In this document: positions 14,192 through 29,042 of the stretch, in pieces
How positions within the stretch are numbered: position 1 is the stretch's first letter
Layout of the letters: each line of letters starts with the position of its first letter
From: Octopus vulgaris
Lineage: Eukaryota
NCBI GenBank assembly: GCA_951406725.2
Contig: OX597823.1
Location: 104,160,001 to 104,224,000, forward strand
Direction: 5' to 3'
Length of the DNA: 64,000 bases
Notes under the pieces: model-generated
The model's input: only the letters and a program-made list of their open reading frames with translations
Databases searched by the model: none
What the model was told of the DNA's origin: nothing
Translations under genes and position numbers: made by a program

Positions 14192-14620
14192 CTAAGATTT
14201 ACTTAATATTATTCAAGCAATTAGTGAACAAAATCTTTCTCACGGTATTTTAATAACCTAAAATAATAACAAACAAGAGAAATAACTCCAATCAGATCAG
14301 TTGATCAAATTGTTGGGGACAATATAGGGGGAATGTGAACTGAAGATAGGGAAAAGTCTGTGGAGACAAAAGTGCTTGGAAATAATTGCAAACAAAGAAA
14401 CAATAACAGCAATAAGATCAATTGATCAACATTTTTCGTCAATACAGAGTGTAGACTGAAAACAGAGAAAAATTTGTAACGGCAAAAATATTTGAAAACA
14501 CCGAAACAGGAATCAAACCCTGGGTAGATTCTCCTCCTTTTGAAACTATTTATGCTGGATTAATTAAGTAAAAATAATACATTGTTATAGTTAACTGAAA
14601 TACCTTGTCATGTTAAGCGT

Positions 14621-14703
<83 letters not shown>

Positions 14704-15266
14704 GCACACACAATGTTTCATTATCTGAGAGTTACTCAGTGCTCTAGAGTTTCGTGCTAACAAATGACTTATCAAGCCAGAGATACCGCATAAATATAAA
14801 TTCTAAAAATCTTCTGAAAGAAATACTGTTAATGTTACGTGATTACAATACAGAAATTTGAAAAATTACTGATGGGAATATGAAACAGAACCAGAACAGA
14901 AACACGATGCTTAATTATATATGAACACAAATCAACGTACACACGCACACATGCAAAAACATCTGGTTTCACATGCTGGCAGACACACTGAGATTTATTT
15001 GCTTGAATCAATAACTGATAAATTGATAGAATATATGCATACACTTTCTTACACGTGCACATATACGTACATACACATACATATATGCTTATAAATATAG
15101 GCACACATATACATATGTAGGATATATATGACATGTATGTACATATAATTATATATGTATATGCTTATATATATATATATATACAAAAATATATGTATAT
15201 ACATATACACACACGTACATATATATGTATAGGCACACATATATATATATGTAAGATGTATATGAC

Positions 15267-15306
<40 letters not shown>

Positions 15307-15448
15307 AATGAAAGGCGAAAGATGGAAAATACGAGAACCTATTTATCACAATTATTTCGACACATCTAGCATCGATTCCCCTTGGGTGGGACAAATATAT
15401 GTGTATATACGTATACATACATGTAGCCATGCATACATAATCATATAC

Positions 15449-15481
<33 letters not shown>

Positions 15482-17095
15482 TGTATGTATGTATGTATGT
15501 ATGTATGTATGTATGTATGTATATACATTCTACAGCGGCGTTAAGCGTTAAACATTTGAGAAGAGCCGTAAATAAAAAGAACAGCAATAAATTAAATGGA
15601 TCTTCGTCGGATTCGGCGATGAGAATTCCGTTGATCAACTGAAATAGTAAACGATTTAGTGTATGCGCTGAGTATTACCCATATCATTAAACCCTTAATG
15701 CAATCTTCAATCACAATCAGCGTGGCAGAGTGTGTGACAATTACAATATTTGATATACGGATGAAATCCACTCGACGGGTTTCTGCACCAACAATATACA
15801 GAGATCGCTTCAGAAAGACGACAAGGGAGTAGTCTAGACTGATCTCTGAAAAGTTATCCTGCTGCCTAGTTCATGGAAGGTGCCTGGAAAGTGCTTCTCT
15901 GTGGAGTAGGCTTAGACAAGATATTTCTCTATACGTGTGTGTGTGTGTCTTGATTCACACACACGCGCGAGTGTCTGTAATTTCTCTTTTCCACACACCG
16001 ATGTTGTGGAAACGGCAAAAAACAATGTAGCTTGGCATCATTGACGAGGCTGGCGGTTTGATCACAATGCAAAACTCCAGACACACCGCCCGTTTCACTA
16101 ACAATCCTGTCAACACAATACTTTAGACTGAAGTCAGAGCACAACTTTTAGAAGTAAGTACTACAAGGCATTCTATCCGATACTATAATTTATCTGTCTG
16201 TTCTTCAGACGGAAACTGTGCTTTATAACCACGTGGTTTGGGGTTCAGTCCCACTGCACGGCTCCTTGGGCAAGAGTTTTCTATAATTGTCCCGGACCGA
16301 TTAATGTCTTGGATATTGTGTGGAAACCTGTCGTATGTATATGTGTGCGTGTATCCTTGATTTACCTTTGCTTTTCCCTCAACGCTTGACAAATATTATC
16401 CTTTGGTTCATGTCTGTTTAACTTTGCGGTCCGACAAAATTAACTGATAGAATATGTACCAGATTTAAAATAACGACTATTTGACAAAAAAACCACTTCA
16501 AGGCAGTGCACCTATATAGCTTCAACCCAATCACTGGCAAAAACAAGTAAAAGATAAAAGCCACATACATACATACATACATACATACATACACACATAC
16601 ATACATACATACATACATACATACATACACACATACATACATACATACATACATACTTACATACATATATAATTTTAACATCAATAATAAAAGGGTAAAA
16701 TTAATTAATCAATTAATTAAATAATCAATTAATTAATTAATAATTAATAATTTTACCAAGTAGATCGGTATATTAAAACAACTTTTTTAAAGTAAACCTA
16801 TACAAATATTCTATAATTATAGACATAATTATAATTAGCGGTCGAGCGCCATCGCATAACTGATATTCAACCAATACTTCCAAAAATATACAGCTGAATG
16901 TGAACACATATTTATCCTTAATACCCAAGCGTATGTTACGAGCAATCCCGCAGAAACTGCAGGTTTCGATCAGGGAGTAAATTATAATTTCAATATTATT
17001 AATAAAAGGGTAAAACTAATTAATTAATTAATAAAAGTATGGCGCTCGATCGCGTACGTATTTAATCCTGGCGCTCTCAAATTCATATTTGAAAT

Positions 17096-17162
17096 GCTGC
17101 ACTGAAAAGGTGAAATAAGTAGTAAATATTACTTTACTTTAATCCCGAAACGCGTATGTAGC
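17096..17162 (+). ncRNA. Type-I hammerhead ribozyme motif with one core substitution
   Basis: gctgca-CTGAAAA-gg...cc-GAAA-CGCG-TA-tgtagc: 6-bp stem I (one G-U), palindromic ACGCGT loop III; CTGANGA reads CTGAAAA. Confidence 0.7.
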
Positions 17163-17360
17163 TAACCTGGGTCGTGTGGATTCGTTATTTTTTCGTTCTG
17201 CCTACATAAAAAAGTGTGTTACTATATAGGATGTCTTTACGGTAGCAGAAAAGGAATTTAACTCCTATTTCTAAATTCGGTGCGTGGTGAAGCAATTAGC
17301 TGACCCCTCATTATAATTATGTTTATAATTATAGAATATTTCTACACACACACACGAACA

Positions 17361-17463
<103 letters not shown>

Positions 17464-18099
17464 AATGTCTACACTGTGCGACACAGTTCCATAACCCTCA
17501 AAATTTACGCTAATGAAAAAATTGTGGATATGAAACCAGTTAGGTTAGGTACATTTCTGTTAATGTTAAAAAAAATCTTCTTATACACACTGGACATTTC
17601 TAACTTGTTTTATTTCTATACTATTACATGGATTAGCAGCTATTGTGTGTGTGTGTGTATTTATATATATGTGTGTGTATGCGTGTATGTATGTATGTAT
17701 CTATGTATGTATGTATGTATGTATGTATGTATGTATGTATGTACATACATATACACCCGCAAACACACACATACATATTAATAATAATAGTATTGTGTCA
17801 ACAGTATACACTAAAATATAGTCTTGTATGTATATAATAATCATAAACTAAATGTGGTATATGTATGCTTGTATGCATGTATGTATGTGAGTGTCCACGG
17901 ACGCATATACACATGTGTCTTTGTGAGATATAGTGTATACGCTTTAAAGACATCCCTGCACGTGAATAACGCTGTATATAGCATTGCGTTTAAAAGTCAC
18001 GCCTGACATATATTGTCCTTGTGTTGTCAAAGACAATAATTTATTCACACCTATTGATCTCTGTCTACAAATATCAAATATCACACACACACACATACG

Positions 18100-18153
<54 letters not shown>

Positions 18154-19113
18154 CACACTCACGTACGCACGTACGCACATGCGTGGTTGCACGTCTTTGT
18201 GTGTGTGTGCGTATGTATTACAATACCACTTAGCATTCTTCCTCTATATACGCTAATATAGTGGTTTCAGATTTCAGCACAAGGCCAGCAATTTCGGTGG
18301 TTGAGAGTAAATTAATTACATTGACCGTAGTGCTTGATTGATATTTATTTTATCGTTCCCGAAAGGATGAATAGCAAAGTCGGCCTCGGCGGAATTTCAA
18401 CTCAGAACGTAAAGATGGAGAAAATGTTGCTATGGTTTCCGCCCGGCGTGGTAACGATTCCGCCTGGTCGCCGCGTTATGTATGCCAATGTATCATCGTC
18501 TCAATAGCTTTACCCCGCGTACTCAAACAACGACATCTACATGGATACGCCAGTGCATGTCCGTGCATGCATGCATATATATATATATATAGATTGATGT
18601 AATGAGAAATCGAAAGGTAAATACACACTCATAGAGATGGGGGGAAACGAAGATATATAGTTGCTAAATACACACACGTACACACACACACACACACTCA
18701 CAAACGTACATATATAGATACATTGACTCACTCATTTCCAGAAAGATAGATAGATATAGATAAATAGAGAGACAGACAGACAGACAGACAGCGGGGTATA
18801 TGAGGCGAGCATACGCCCTGACTTATGCGCATATTTACGCACACAGACCTGCTCACGCGCGTGCACACACACAACACATAAAGAAAAGAAGGAACGTAGA
18901 GGTAAACATCAAGTGCATACGCATACTATATATATATGGTAAGTGCGTATGTACTATACATACAGCCATATATGTGCATACACGCATACATACATATATA
19001 TATACATGCATACATCCAGACAGACAGACATGGTGCAAGTCGACTCGTTACAGAGTAAGACCTCTTCCTTAGCCCATTTCAGTGTAGGAAACACCTCGCG
19101 TTTGGCCTCGCCA

Positions 19114-19378
19114 TCACTGGTGACGTTTCACATGGCTCTCAAAGCTTGTAAGGGACTTACAGGTCTCCCCACCCAACTCACAAGTAGCAGCCCAACCATC
19201 CGGATGTTGAGGACTTACAATGCCAAGTAAGTCCACTGGTCGACCCACACACTCTGCTACACAAGGTGCACGACAGATCTTGCTGGATATCACATGGGAT
19301 GGCGGGGATGTCTTCGTGACCACGCTTGTAGTTGAACAGGCCTGCTACTGAGAAGTAGACACGACCACGGGTACAAGC
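19114..19378 (-). pseudogene. Three decayed C2H2-like zinc fingers, probably the C-terminus of an RTE-type retrotransposon ORF
   Basis: ACTRGRVYFSVAGLFNYKRGH..SCTLCSRVCGSTSGLTWHCK../TCELGGETCKSLTSFESHVKRHQ*; no TGEKP linkers. Confidence 0.6.
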
Positions 19379-20341
19379 ATAGCTGTGTACATAAGAATTT
19401 CGATTCTAAAGTACGGCACAAGTGTCTTCAGTTATATATAAGGGTTATATGTAAAGGTTAACCACTATAGCGGAAATGAAATTGGAAAGAAAGAATTTAT
19501 CCAGAAGCTCGTCATGTGCACACACAGACACAGACAGACAGTCGCACACACACAAACACACATATGCACACACACTCACACACACACATACACACAAACA
19601 CAAACATGCACACATACAGGTTTCTCCCTTCGGTTTTTCGTTTGTGTTTAAATCTAGTGTTATATCTTGGTAGATAATTATTATTAAAGTAATGCTGAAG
19701 TATATATTAAGGTCAAACGTTTTACAAATTCCAATTAAATTCTCTCTTAATTAGTCAATCCTATTATGTGAGTGTGCTAAGCCATCGTCTTTGTGTTTTC
19801 CAAAGCTGTGTGCATGCACATTCTGAACATATCGAGAATAAACAAACCCACTAGATTCGCTACCTCACCTGTATCATATATCTCCATAGAGACGTCAAAC
19901 AAAATGTCACTCCTTTTTTTCCAAGTAAGAATTATTGTACTCTAGCATTAAGTTCGTTGTGTCTAGATTGCTAATTATCGTCAATTTTCTCCAGAAGAAA
20001 TTTATAGAAAGTTAGATAAAGGTTCACAATGTCAAATTAGGTTAGTCTGCAGAATGCTTTCTCTTCAATGCAGTCAGTCAATGAGAGCAGCGAAGCAAGT
20101 TCATTGCTGTAGACGTCGAGTTTGCATTTGGAGGGTTTGATTAACTCTCATTTCGCAATTCGCGTTTGAAGAGGATGATTAACCTACATGTGAGGCTGAA
20201 GAGAAAAATGGACGTTCCGTGTAATCATTAAGAGAAATGTAAATCTTGTGAATAGCGAGATAGCGTGTATAGTCATGTATTTATAGTTGACAAGATAATT
20301 TCTTTGCTACTGCATACACTCTCTCTCTCTCTCTTTATATA

Positions 20342-20392
<51 letters not shown>

Positions 20393-20472
20393 AGACAGAG
20401 AGGGAAGAGAAAAATAGAGAGTAAGAGATAGATAGATAATATAGATGTGCAGAATCTTTTTACATACATATA

Positions 20473-20509
<37 letters not shown>

Positions 20510-20518
20510 TAGATAGAT

Positions 20519-20551
<33 letters not shown>

Positions 20552-20764
20552 CAGAGAGAGACAGAGAGACAGAGAGAGAAAGAGGGAGATAACACAGAGC
20601 GTAAGAGACAGATAGATAATATATATATTAATGGCTATGTATCTTTACCTCTCCAACCATCCATATATACATATATACATATATTCTTTTATTTGTTGCA
20701 GTCATTTGACTGCGGCCATGCTGGAGTACCACCTTTAGTCGAACAAATCAACCCCAGTACTAGG

Positions 20765-22836
20765 TCCTTATTCGTGATGGAGAAGATGTGATCTTTGGCA
20801 TTATTCAGTGTTGTCCAGTTTGGTGTTTGGTATAACTTACATTTCTAAAGTTGGAAGCTAGACCTTCCAGGGTCTTCCATATTTATATTACTGCATATCC
20901 TTCACACGACTCTAGGGGGTAGAGCTTCAGTTATTTTAGCCTTTTCAGTAACTCATCAGTTTCAAGCAATCAATCTCCTTTGTGTAGTAGTGCCGGATTA
21001 CATCAAGTTCCGCCACCAGTTTTACGATCTGTGGCGACCATAGTTGGGAAGAGGATTACGAACGAATCAGATCGAACGTTCTCCATAGGAGTTGCATAGA
21101 ATCCTTGTTTATGGTTCTAAATGATCTCAGAATCATTCCAGCTACTCGCCTGCACAGTGTTGCCATCTTGGTAACATTTACATGAAATGTTGCATCATTT
21201 CTCCTGTGGATTCCCAGCTCGTGCACCGATTCTAACTTTGAGATTGCACTACCCCACCTGGCCATACGTATTCCGATTGTAGTCTGTGAGCCGACAGTGG
21301 AGCCCTTGAAACTTCTCAGCATTGAACTTCATGTCCTTTTCATCAGTTTTTTTGTAGGTCGTTTTGAAGTTTTTGGGGTCCTTGACCACCTGTGGTACTT
21401 TTGTATCATCAGCATAGCTAATGATAATGGCTGACTTAACGACAGAAGGCATGTCTGAGAGAGCCACCACAAGCAGTAGTGGTCCGAGCACAATTCCTTG
21501 AGGGATTCCGCTGAGGGTTACTTTTTCCCCAGAGAGAGCATCATTGGCTGTTTTCTGTCTTTTAGGAAGTCATGCAGCCACTCTCCCAATGTTTGCAATG
21601 ATATCAAGGCCACGCAGTTTGACATATCATCTCATGATCCATTTTTTCAAATGCCTTTTGTAAAAGTGGTTGAGATGCTGTTTCAGTATCCAGTCATAAT
21701 GTTATAGTAGCTGTGTGAGGCAGCTCCTCCCCGAACGAAAGCAATGTGGTGTGTTTGTGAGCAAGTCATTCTCATCCAGGAACGTGATCAGCCTCCTTCT
21801 TATAATGCGTTCCTTGACCTTACTAACGTATGAAGTCAGAGAGATAGACCTGTAATTTTTAGCATCCACCCTGCTTCCTTCTTTATGGACAGGGCATATG
21901 ATACTTTCTTTTAACAGTTTGGGAAGTTTACCATAAGCAAGGAAACTCTGGAAAAGTATCGCAGTGGTTCGGTTCTTGCATGCCTTTAAAAGAACAGCCG
22001 GAAATCTAACTGGGCCCGTTGCTGTGTTCGATTTCATCTCATCAATGGCTAATATATCATCTTCCGCTTTTATGTTGATGTAATCGAGAGTTGCCTTTTT
22101 CTCATGTAGACCTTTAGTGCTGAAAAACTCTTCAGGCTTGCTTATTTCTATATTTCCCAATGGAGAGATGAAGAACTTTGAAATTATTCTCTCGAGGAAT
22201 GGTCTTTTTGTATTTAGTCACTCTCTTACTTGTGAGATATTAAATGCATATGGTTCTCATTACTAACATGAACTCATATCGATGTCTTGTATAGAGAGAC
22301 GTTATTGGATAATCCGTTTTTCAATTGACTTCTAGTTCAGCCTTGTAGAAGTTCAGTCTGGATAGAATCTGGGTGCCAATAGGTTTTGGAACATATATCG
22401 TCAGTTCTATCATGTTGTGGTCTGAGAAGATTTTTGGTGATATCGTCACATAGTGAATAAAATCCACGTTGTTGGTGAAACAGAAATTTCATCGTTATCT
22501 TTCCTGGTTGGGAAGAGTATGATTTGCTTCCTGAACAGCATTTTTGAAAGATCAAGTAAAGATTCTGCTTGACTGTGCACTTTGTCTGTCATGCCTGAAA
22601 TTATGTCGCCTCCAGGCCATCTGATCTTGGAGAGGTGAAGTCACCAATCAGAAGTACATTAACACTTTGGTCTAGTTTTGTTGGAAATTCTTTAATCATT
22701 GAAAGGCTTTCTTCAAATGTCCCATCGTGATTTGAGGCATCGAGTGGGCGATATTGTGTGTGTAAATTACCGCATCAATTTGCTTTAAATGCACAATAAG
22801 TGTGCTACAGACGAAGTTTGAATATGAGAGCAGGGT
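20765..22836 (-). pseudogene. CR1-group-like LINE ORF2 fragment (reverse transcriptase), disrupted
   Basis: ATGPVRFPAVLLK, IICPVHKEGSRVDAKNYRSISLTS, CFRSGRSCLTQLL, LGPLLL, YADDTKV, FNAEKFQ, AGMILRSFRT in order. Confidence 0.9.
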
Positions 22837-22837
22837 T

Positions 22838-23126
22838 TGCACGGACGTACCTATGCATGTATGTATATACATAAACACGTTCAGATATTGCAAACACGGA
22901 AGTAGTTGATGGTAAATGACCATTGTTTGGCATTAAGTAGGCTGTTTCTCAGAGTACTAAGTGTCTCTTGTGAATGGGTGTCTATTGTCCTGCACAAGAG
23001 ACACTTAGTACTCTGAGAAACAGCCTACTTAATGCCAACCAATGGTCATTTACCATCAACTACTTCCGTGTTTGCAATATCTGAACGTGTTTATGTATAT
23101 ACATACATGCATAGGTACGTCCGTGC

Positions 23127-23127
<1 letters not shown>
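22838..23127. repeat. Long inverted repeat: 135-bp arms, 20-nt spacer
   Basis: 22838-22972 is the reverse complement of 22993-23127 with one mismatch; a direct copy of spacer plus right arm lies at 24177-24336. Confidence 0.97.
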
Positions 23128-23209
<82 letters not shown>

Positions 23210-23544
23210 CGAGTGTGTGTGCGTGAATGTATGTGAATATTATGTTCGATATGCAACTGAGTTCGATGAAATATTTAGGATTCATGGAGTGAAGTCGCAA
23301 AACTGACGCTGGTCATTTTGAATTGCCACAATGAATATACGCACGTATACCTGTGTGTGTGTTTGTATGTATGTGTGTGTGTGCGTGTGTGTGTGTCTGT
23401 GTGTGTGTGTGTATGTGTGTGAATATACGCAATAGCAACTGTATATCTGTGGTGTGCAGTCTGTGTGTCTGTGAGTGTGTTCATGCTTACGTATAAACTT
23501 ATATATGAACGTGTGCGTGCGTGTATGTATTTGTGTGTGTGCGT

Positions 23545-23603
<59 letters not shown>

Positions 23604-23754
23604 TGTCTCTGTGTGTATTCATACCCGTGCGTATGTTGTTTATAAATAACAAGGGAAAAATACTCGATGCAAGATATGAAGTATATCTAAGTATAACTAT
23701 AAATATTACGCTGGTTCCCTTTTTTACTGTACTATTCACACACGCAAATACACA

Positions 23755-23807
<53 letters not shown>

Positions 23808-23940
23808 TCACACTCTCTCACATAAGTCCATGCATGTACGTAAACAACACACGATATCATGTGATGGGGCCTGATTTAACATACAGAACCAATTCCCTCT
23901 TTTCTTCACTGTCCCTGAGACAGATACATACATACATAAA

Positions 23941-24033
<93 letters not shown>

Positions 24034-24060
24034 GTAAATGTATATATATATATATGTGTA

Positions 24061-24097
<37 letters not shown>

Positions 24098-24448
24098 GTA
24101 TGAAAACACAGAGCACAGAATAGTGAAAGGAAGGATGTGTGTGTCCAATGGTTTGGTTGTAGGTTAAAGAGCACGCTGTGAATGGGTGTCTATTGTCCTG
24201 CACAAGAGATACTTAGTACTCTGAGAAACAGCCTACTTAATGCCAACCAATGGTCATTTACCATCAACTACTTCCGTGTTTGCAATATCTGAACGTGTTT
24301 ATGTATATACATACATGCATAGGTACGTCCGTGCATACATACATGCATAAATATGTGTGTAGATATATATATATGCATTTATTCAATTTTGTATATATAT
24401 GCATATATACGTAAAAATACACACACGCACAAGCACATATACATATAC

Positions 24449-24500
<52 letters not shown>

Positions 24501-24559
24501 CACGCACACATGTATATGAATACAATACATGCATATATACACTTATACATACACTAATG

Positions 24560-24706
<147 letters not shown>

Positions 24707-24719
24707 CATACATATATAT

Positions 24720-24755
<36 letters not shown>

Positions 24756-25136
24756 GTGTATATATATAAATATACGCACACACACACACACACATGCGAA
24801 CAGTTGTCTTTAATATCAGTCAGCCTTGATTTAACAGATACGTGTTGCTTGTGGCATCGGTAATAACTTTGGTGATTGTGGTGCAATGACATAGAGGCCT
24901 CTTTCATCGAATCAAGTAATTTGGCATCTATTTCTTGCGCGTCGATCGACTGACTACAAGCACCTATCTTTTATGAACGTTAGTGTGTGGGCGGCCATGT
25001 CTATGACTGCCTGTGCGTATGTGCATAGAGGTTACTGTAACCACGATTTTGTGCTCTTTGTTTTATATTCTTGTTGTTTAACCCCTGGTCAGTCCTAATC
25101 AATCAAATTTATAATCTTTTCAAAATCATACCATTT

Positions 25137-25155
25137 ATCATCATCATCATCATCA

Positions 25156-25231
<76 letters not shown>

Positions 25232-25405
25232 CATTATTATTATCATTATATTATTATTATTTATGTTCTGAGTTCAAATTCCGCCGAGGTCGACTTTACC
25301 TTTCATCCTTTCGAGGTCGATAAAATAAGTACCATTCGAAGACTAAGATATAATCGACTCTCTCCCCCACATCGAAATTTCTGGCCTTGTGTCAAAATTT
25401 GAAGC

Positions 25406-25469
<64 letters not shown>

Positions 25470-25524
25470 GTTGTTGTTGTTGTTATTATTATCATTATTA
25501 TTGTTGTTGTTGGTGGTGTTGTTC

Positions 25525-25569
<45 letters not shown>

Positions 25570-25605
25570 GTATCATTATTGTTATTATTGTTGTTGTTAT
25601 TATTG
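25137..25605 (+). repeat. (ATT)n/(GTT)n tracts flanking a 5'-truncated SINE family A fragment (25263-25408)
   Basis: gttctgagttcaaattccgccgaggtcgactttacctttcatcctttcgaggtcgataaaataagtacc between trinucleotide runs. Confidence 0.9.
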
Positions 25606-25929
25606 CTAAAACAATGGTGGAGGTGGGTTATATGAAGGTTGGGTGTAGGGTTCTATTTCTAGCAGCTTCATTGACAAAATAGTGGCTCTTTAGTTCTTTC
25701 TACGTGTTGTGGTGAGGTCGGTAGGTTGGTTCTATGTGTTGGCCACTGTTGATGAGAAACACAAACCTCACTTAACAAAAACAGCTTTCACTTCCACTAT
25801 GTAAGTTAATTGCAGCGAGATAAATGTCTGGCGCTTTGAAAAACTACTGCAGCGATCGGTCACAAGTTACGTGACGGAAAGACGGGAAAGTTAAGTTATA
25901 CAATAGATGATGTATGCATGAATATATTA

Positions 25930-25963
<34 letters not shown>

Positions 25964-26033
25964 CATACATATATATATATATATATATGTTTGTATGCAT
26001 ATATATATATACATATATACATTTATCTACCAA

Positions 26034-26106
<73 letters not shown>

Positions 26107-26227
26107 TATCATTATTTCTTATCTTTTACTTGGTTTCATTCAGCAGATTGCGGTCATGCTGGAGCGCCGCCTTCAAGAATTCTTTTTTCTTTGTCGAATG
26201 AATTACTTTTCAAGCCTGGTACCTATG

Positions 26228-26276
<49 letters not shown>

Positions 26277-26323
26277 TGTGTACATATACATACATATATA
26301 TATATTGTACAAGTGTACATGAA

Positions 26324-26378
<55 letters not shown>

Positions 26379-26969
26379 TTGTCCGTGTGTGGGTGGATGC
26401 TCGTCTCTATATGTGCGAGTGTGTGTGTTACATACAACTTGCACTACAGGACACACCCTTCATCAGCTGTTAAGCAGAGATCACAGCAACCTGTGTGTGC
26501 CTTGCGGCCGTATCTCTTCCTCCGGCGATGCCGAGCATTATTTACACTGTCAACGTATAGTCGAGTTCTTTAGGCCAAAACAAGCACTCAGTGCCCGTCC
26601 AACTATTCTTGCATCCATCTCACAATCCCATTCACAGCTGTAACCACGCCAGTCATGCAAGAACTGTTTTGTTTCGCTCGCTTGTTAAGTATACGTTCGT
26701 TACACTTAGCTTTCGCCTTTCTTTTATATGCCACAATTAAATTTATGATAAATACGTACACAGGTGTGCGCACAGAACACACACACACACACACACACAC
26801 ACACTCGCTTACGTATATAAATCGATATGTATATGTTTGTATGCATATATAGTTTATATAGAGAGACGTGTGTACGTGTGAATATATAAAAACTGTATAT
26901 GTGTATTTTATATAAATATATACATCAATATCTACATGTATTGATATGTGTATGCGTGTGTGTATATAC

Positions 26970-27058
<89 letters not shown>

Positions 27059-27870
27059 TATACATATCAGTGTATATGTATACATACACACATAAATATA
27101 TGTATATATAAATGTACGTGGCTATTTATGTATGTGTGCATGTATGTACGTATGTATGTGTATGTATATGATGAAGTAGTGTAAAAAAAGAAAGAGTTAC
27201 ACCAGTGAGTGGATTTGTTGAGTGAAGTCAAATGTCCAACGCTTCGGACATTCGTACCTCTTCTGAATGATAGAATATAGAGGTTGATTCTTGAATTTGA
27301 AATATAAATGCTACTGTCACAATAACGGTGGCGCAGACGATCATTTGATTCCTTGGATTCCGTGTCTTACCTTATATGTACTTACTACCAGGCACACATA
27401 TATGCATATGAATACATACATATATACATTTACGCACACAAACATACACACATACACACATGCATAGATATCTGCAGAGACATATGCAAATATATGTACA
27501 TGCATCTTACATACAGAGAGACATACATACTTATGCACACCTTGTGTACGTAGGGGCATTAATATCTGTGTTGATCGAGGACTGGATCTGAATTACGGAA
27601 TTTTGATATGCTTATCGATATACGTACGTATATATCCCTCTCTCACCATATACATACATACATACATACGTACATAATATATATATATATGTACGCATAT
27701 ATGTATACGTGTATGTATATATGTGTATATATATATATATATATGTATGTATTCACTATGTATATATGAATGTATGTACGTATATATGTATGTATATATA
27801 TATATATACATACATACAAACATACATACATACATACATACATACATGTGTGTGTATACATATATGTATA

Positions 27871-27918
<48 letters not shown>

Positions 27919-27943
27919 CATACATATATATACATATATGTAT

Positions 27944-28001
<58 letters not shown>

Positions 28002-28258
28002 AGAGAGAGAGAGAGAGAGAAAGAAAATAATTGGTTGCATGTGCGTGTCTGTGTGCTTTTGCCTGTAGTCTCATATGTGAGTGTAAACACAACCGCGCAT
28101 ATGCACCTCAAATTTCTGTTTAGGACTATATATAACAGTCGATGCATATAATATACACACAGATTACAAATTTACAAACATGGTGATGCACCTCTAGCTT
28201 TGTTGCTTCACACAATTCTACATCTTTCAATCTAATGTTCCCCAATCTCTCCGTTTTG

Positions 28259-28303
<45 letters not shown>

Positions 28304-28564
28304 TTTGTCTTTCTCCCTTTTTCAATTCTCCCCCTCGTCCTCTTTATATGTGTGTATGTATGCGTACACACACACACACACACACACACATGTACACATA
28401 TGCATATTTACTTGCATATACTTGCATATATATATATATATATATACATATACGTATATATACATGCGTCTATGTATGTGTGAGTTGTGTGAATATATGA
28501 CTGTGTGTATATAATCTCTCTCTATCTTTCCTTCTTTTTGTGTGCGTGTATATATATATATATT

Positions 28565-28616
<52 letters not shown>

Positions 28617-28628
28617 CATATATACATG

Positions 28629-28688
<60 letters not shown>

Positions 28689-28913
28689 TATACATGTATA
28701 TATACATATATATAGATTCACTTATATACACGTATGTATACATATATACATACATACTTACAGGTAGTTATGCATACACACACTCACATACAAACACATA
28801 CGTACAGCCTGTCAGTCAACTGTGACAATACTCCGTGTGTGTGCATGGGGGGTATGCTTGTGTATATATAGGTAGATAGCAAGATACATAGACACACACA
28901 CACACACACACAC

Positions 28914-28956
<43 letters not shown>

Positions 28957-29042
28957 CATGCATACATATGTGTGTGTGCGTGTCCGTGTGTCTGTCTGTC
29001 TGTCTGTTTGCCTCTGTTCGTAAGGTAACGAAACGAACTTAC

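Noticed and set aside
14715-14780. Hammerhead-like GAAACTCTAGAG palindrome on the minus strand
   Set aside because: CTGANGA box and cleavage triplet both broken
15535-15655. Possible terminal exon on either strand (AALSVKHLRR..PLIN* or VDQRNSHRRIRRRSI*)
   Set aside because: Acceptor-like sites exist but no recognisable homology; cannot choose a strand
19869-20200. Splice-like signals in a unique island
   Set aside because: All tested frames hit early stops
27230-27268. Hammerhead-like CAGAAGAGG..CCGAAGCGTT on the minus strand
   Set aside because: Two core mismatches and no convincing stem I
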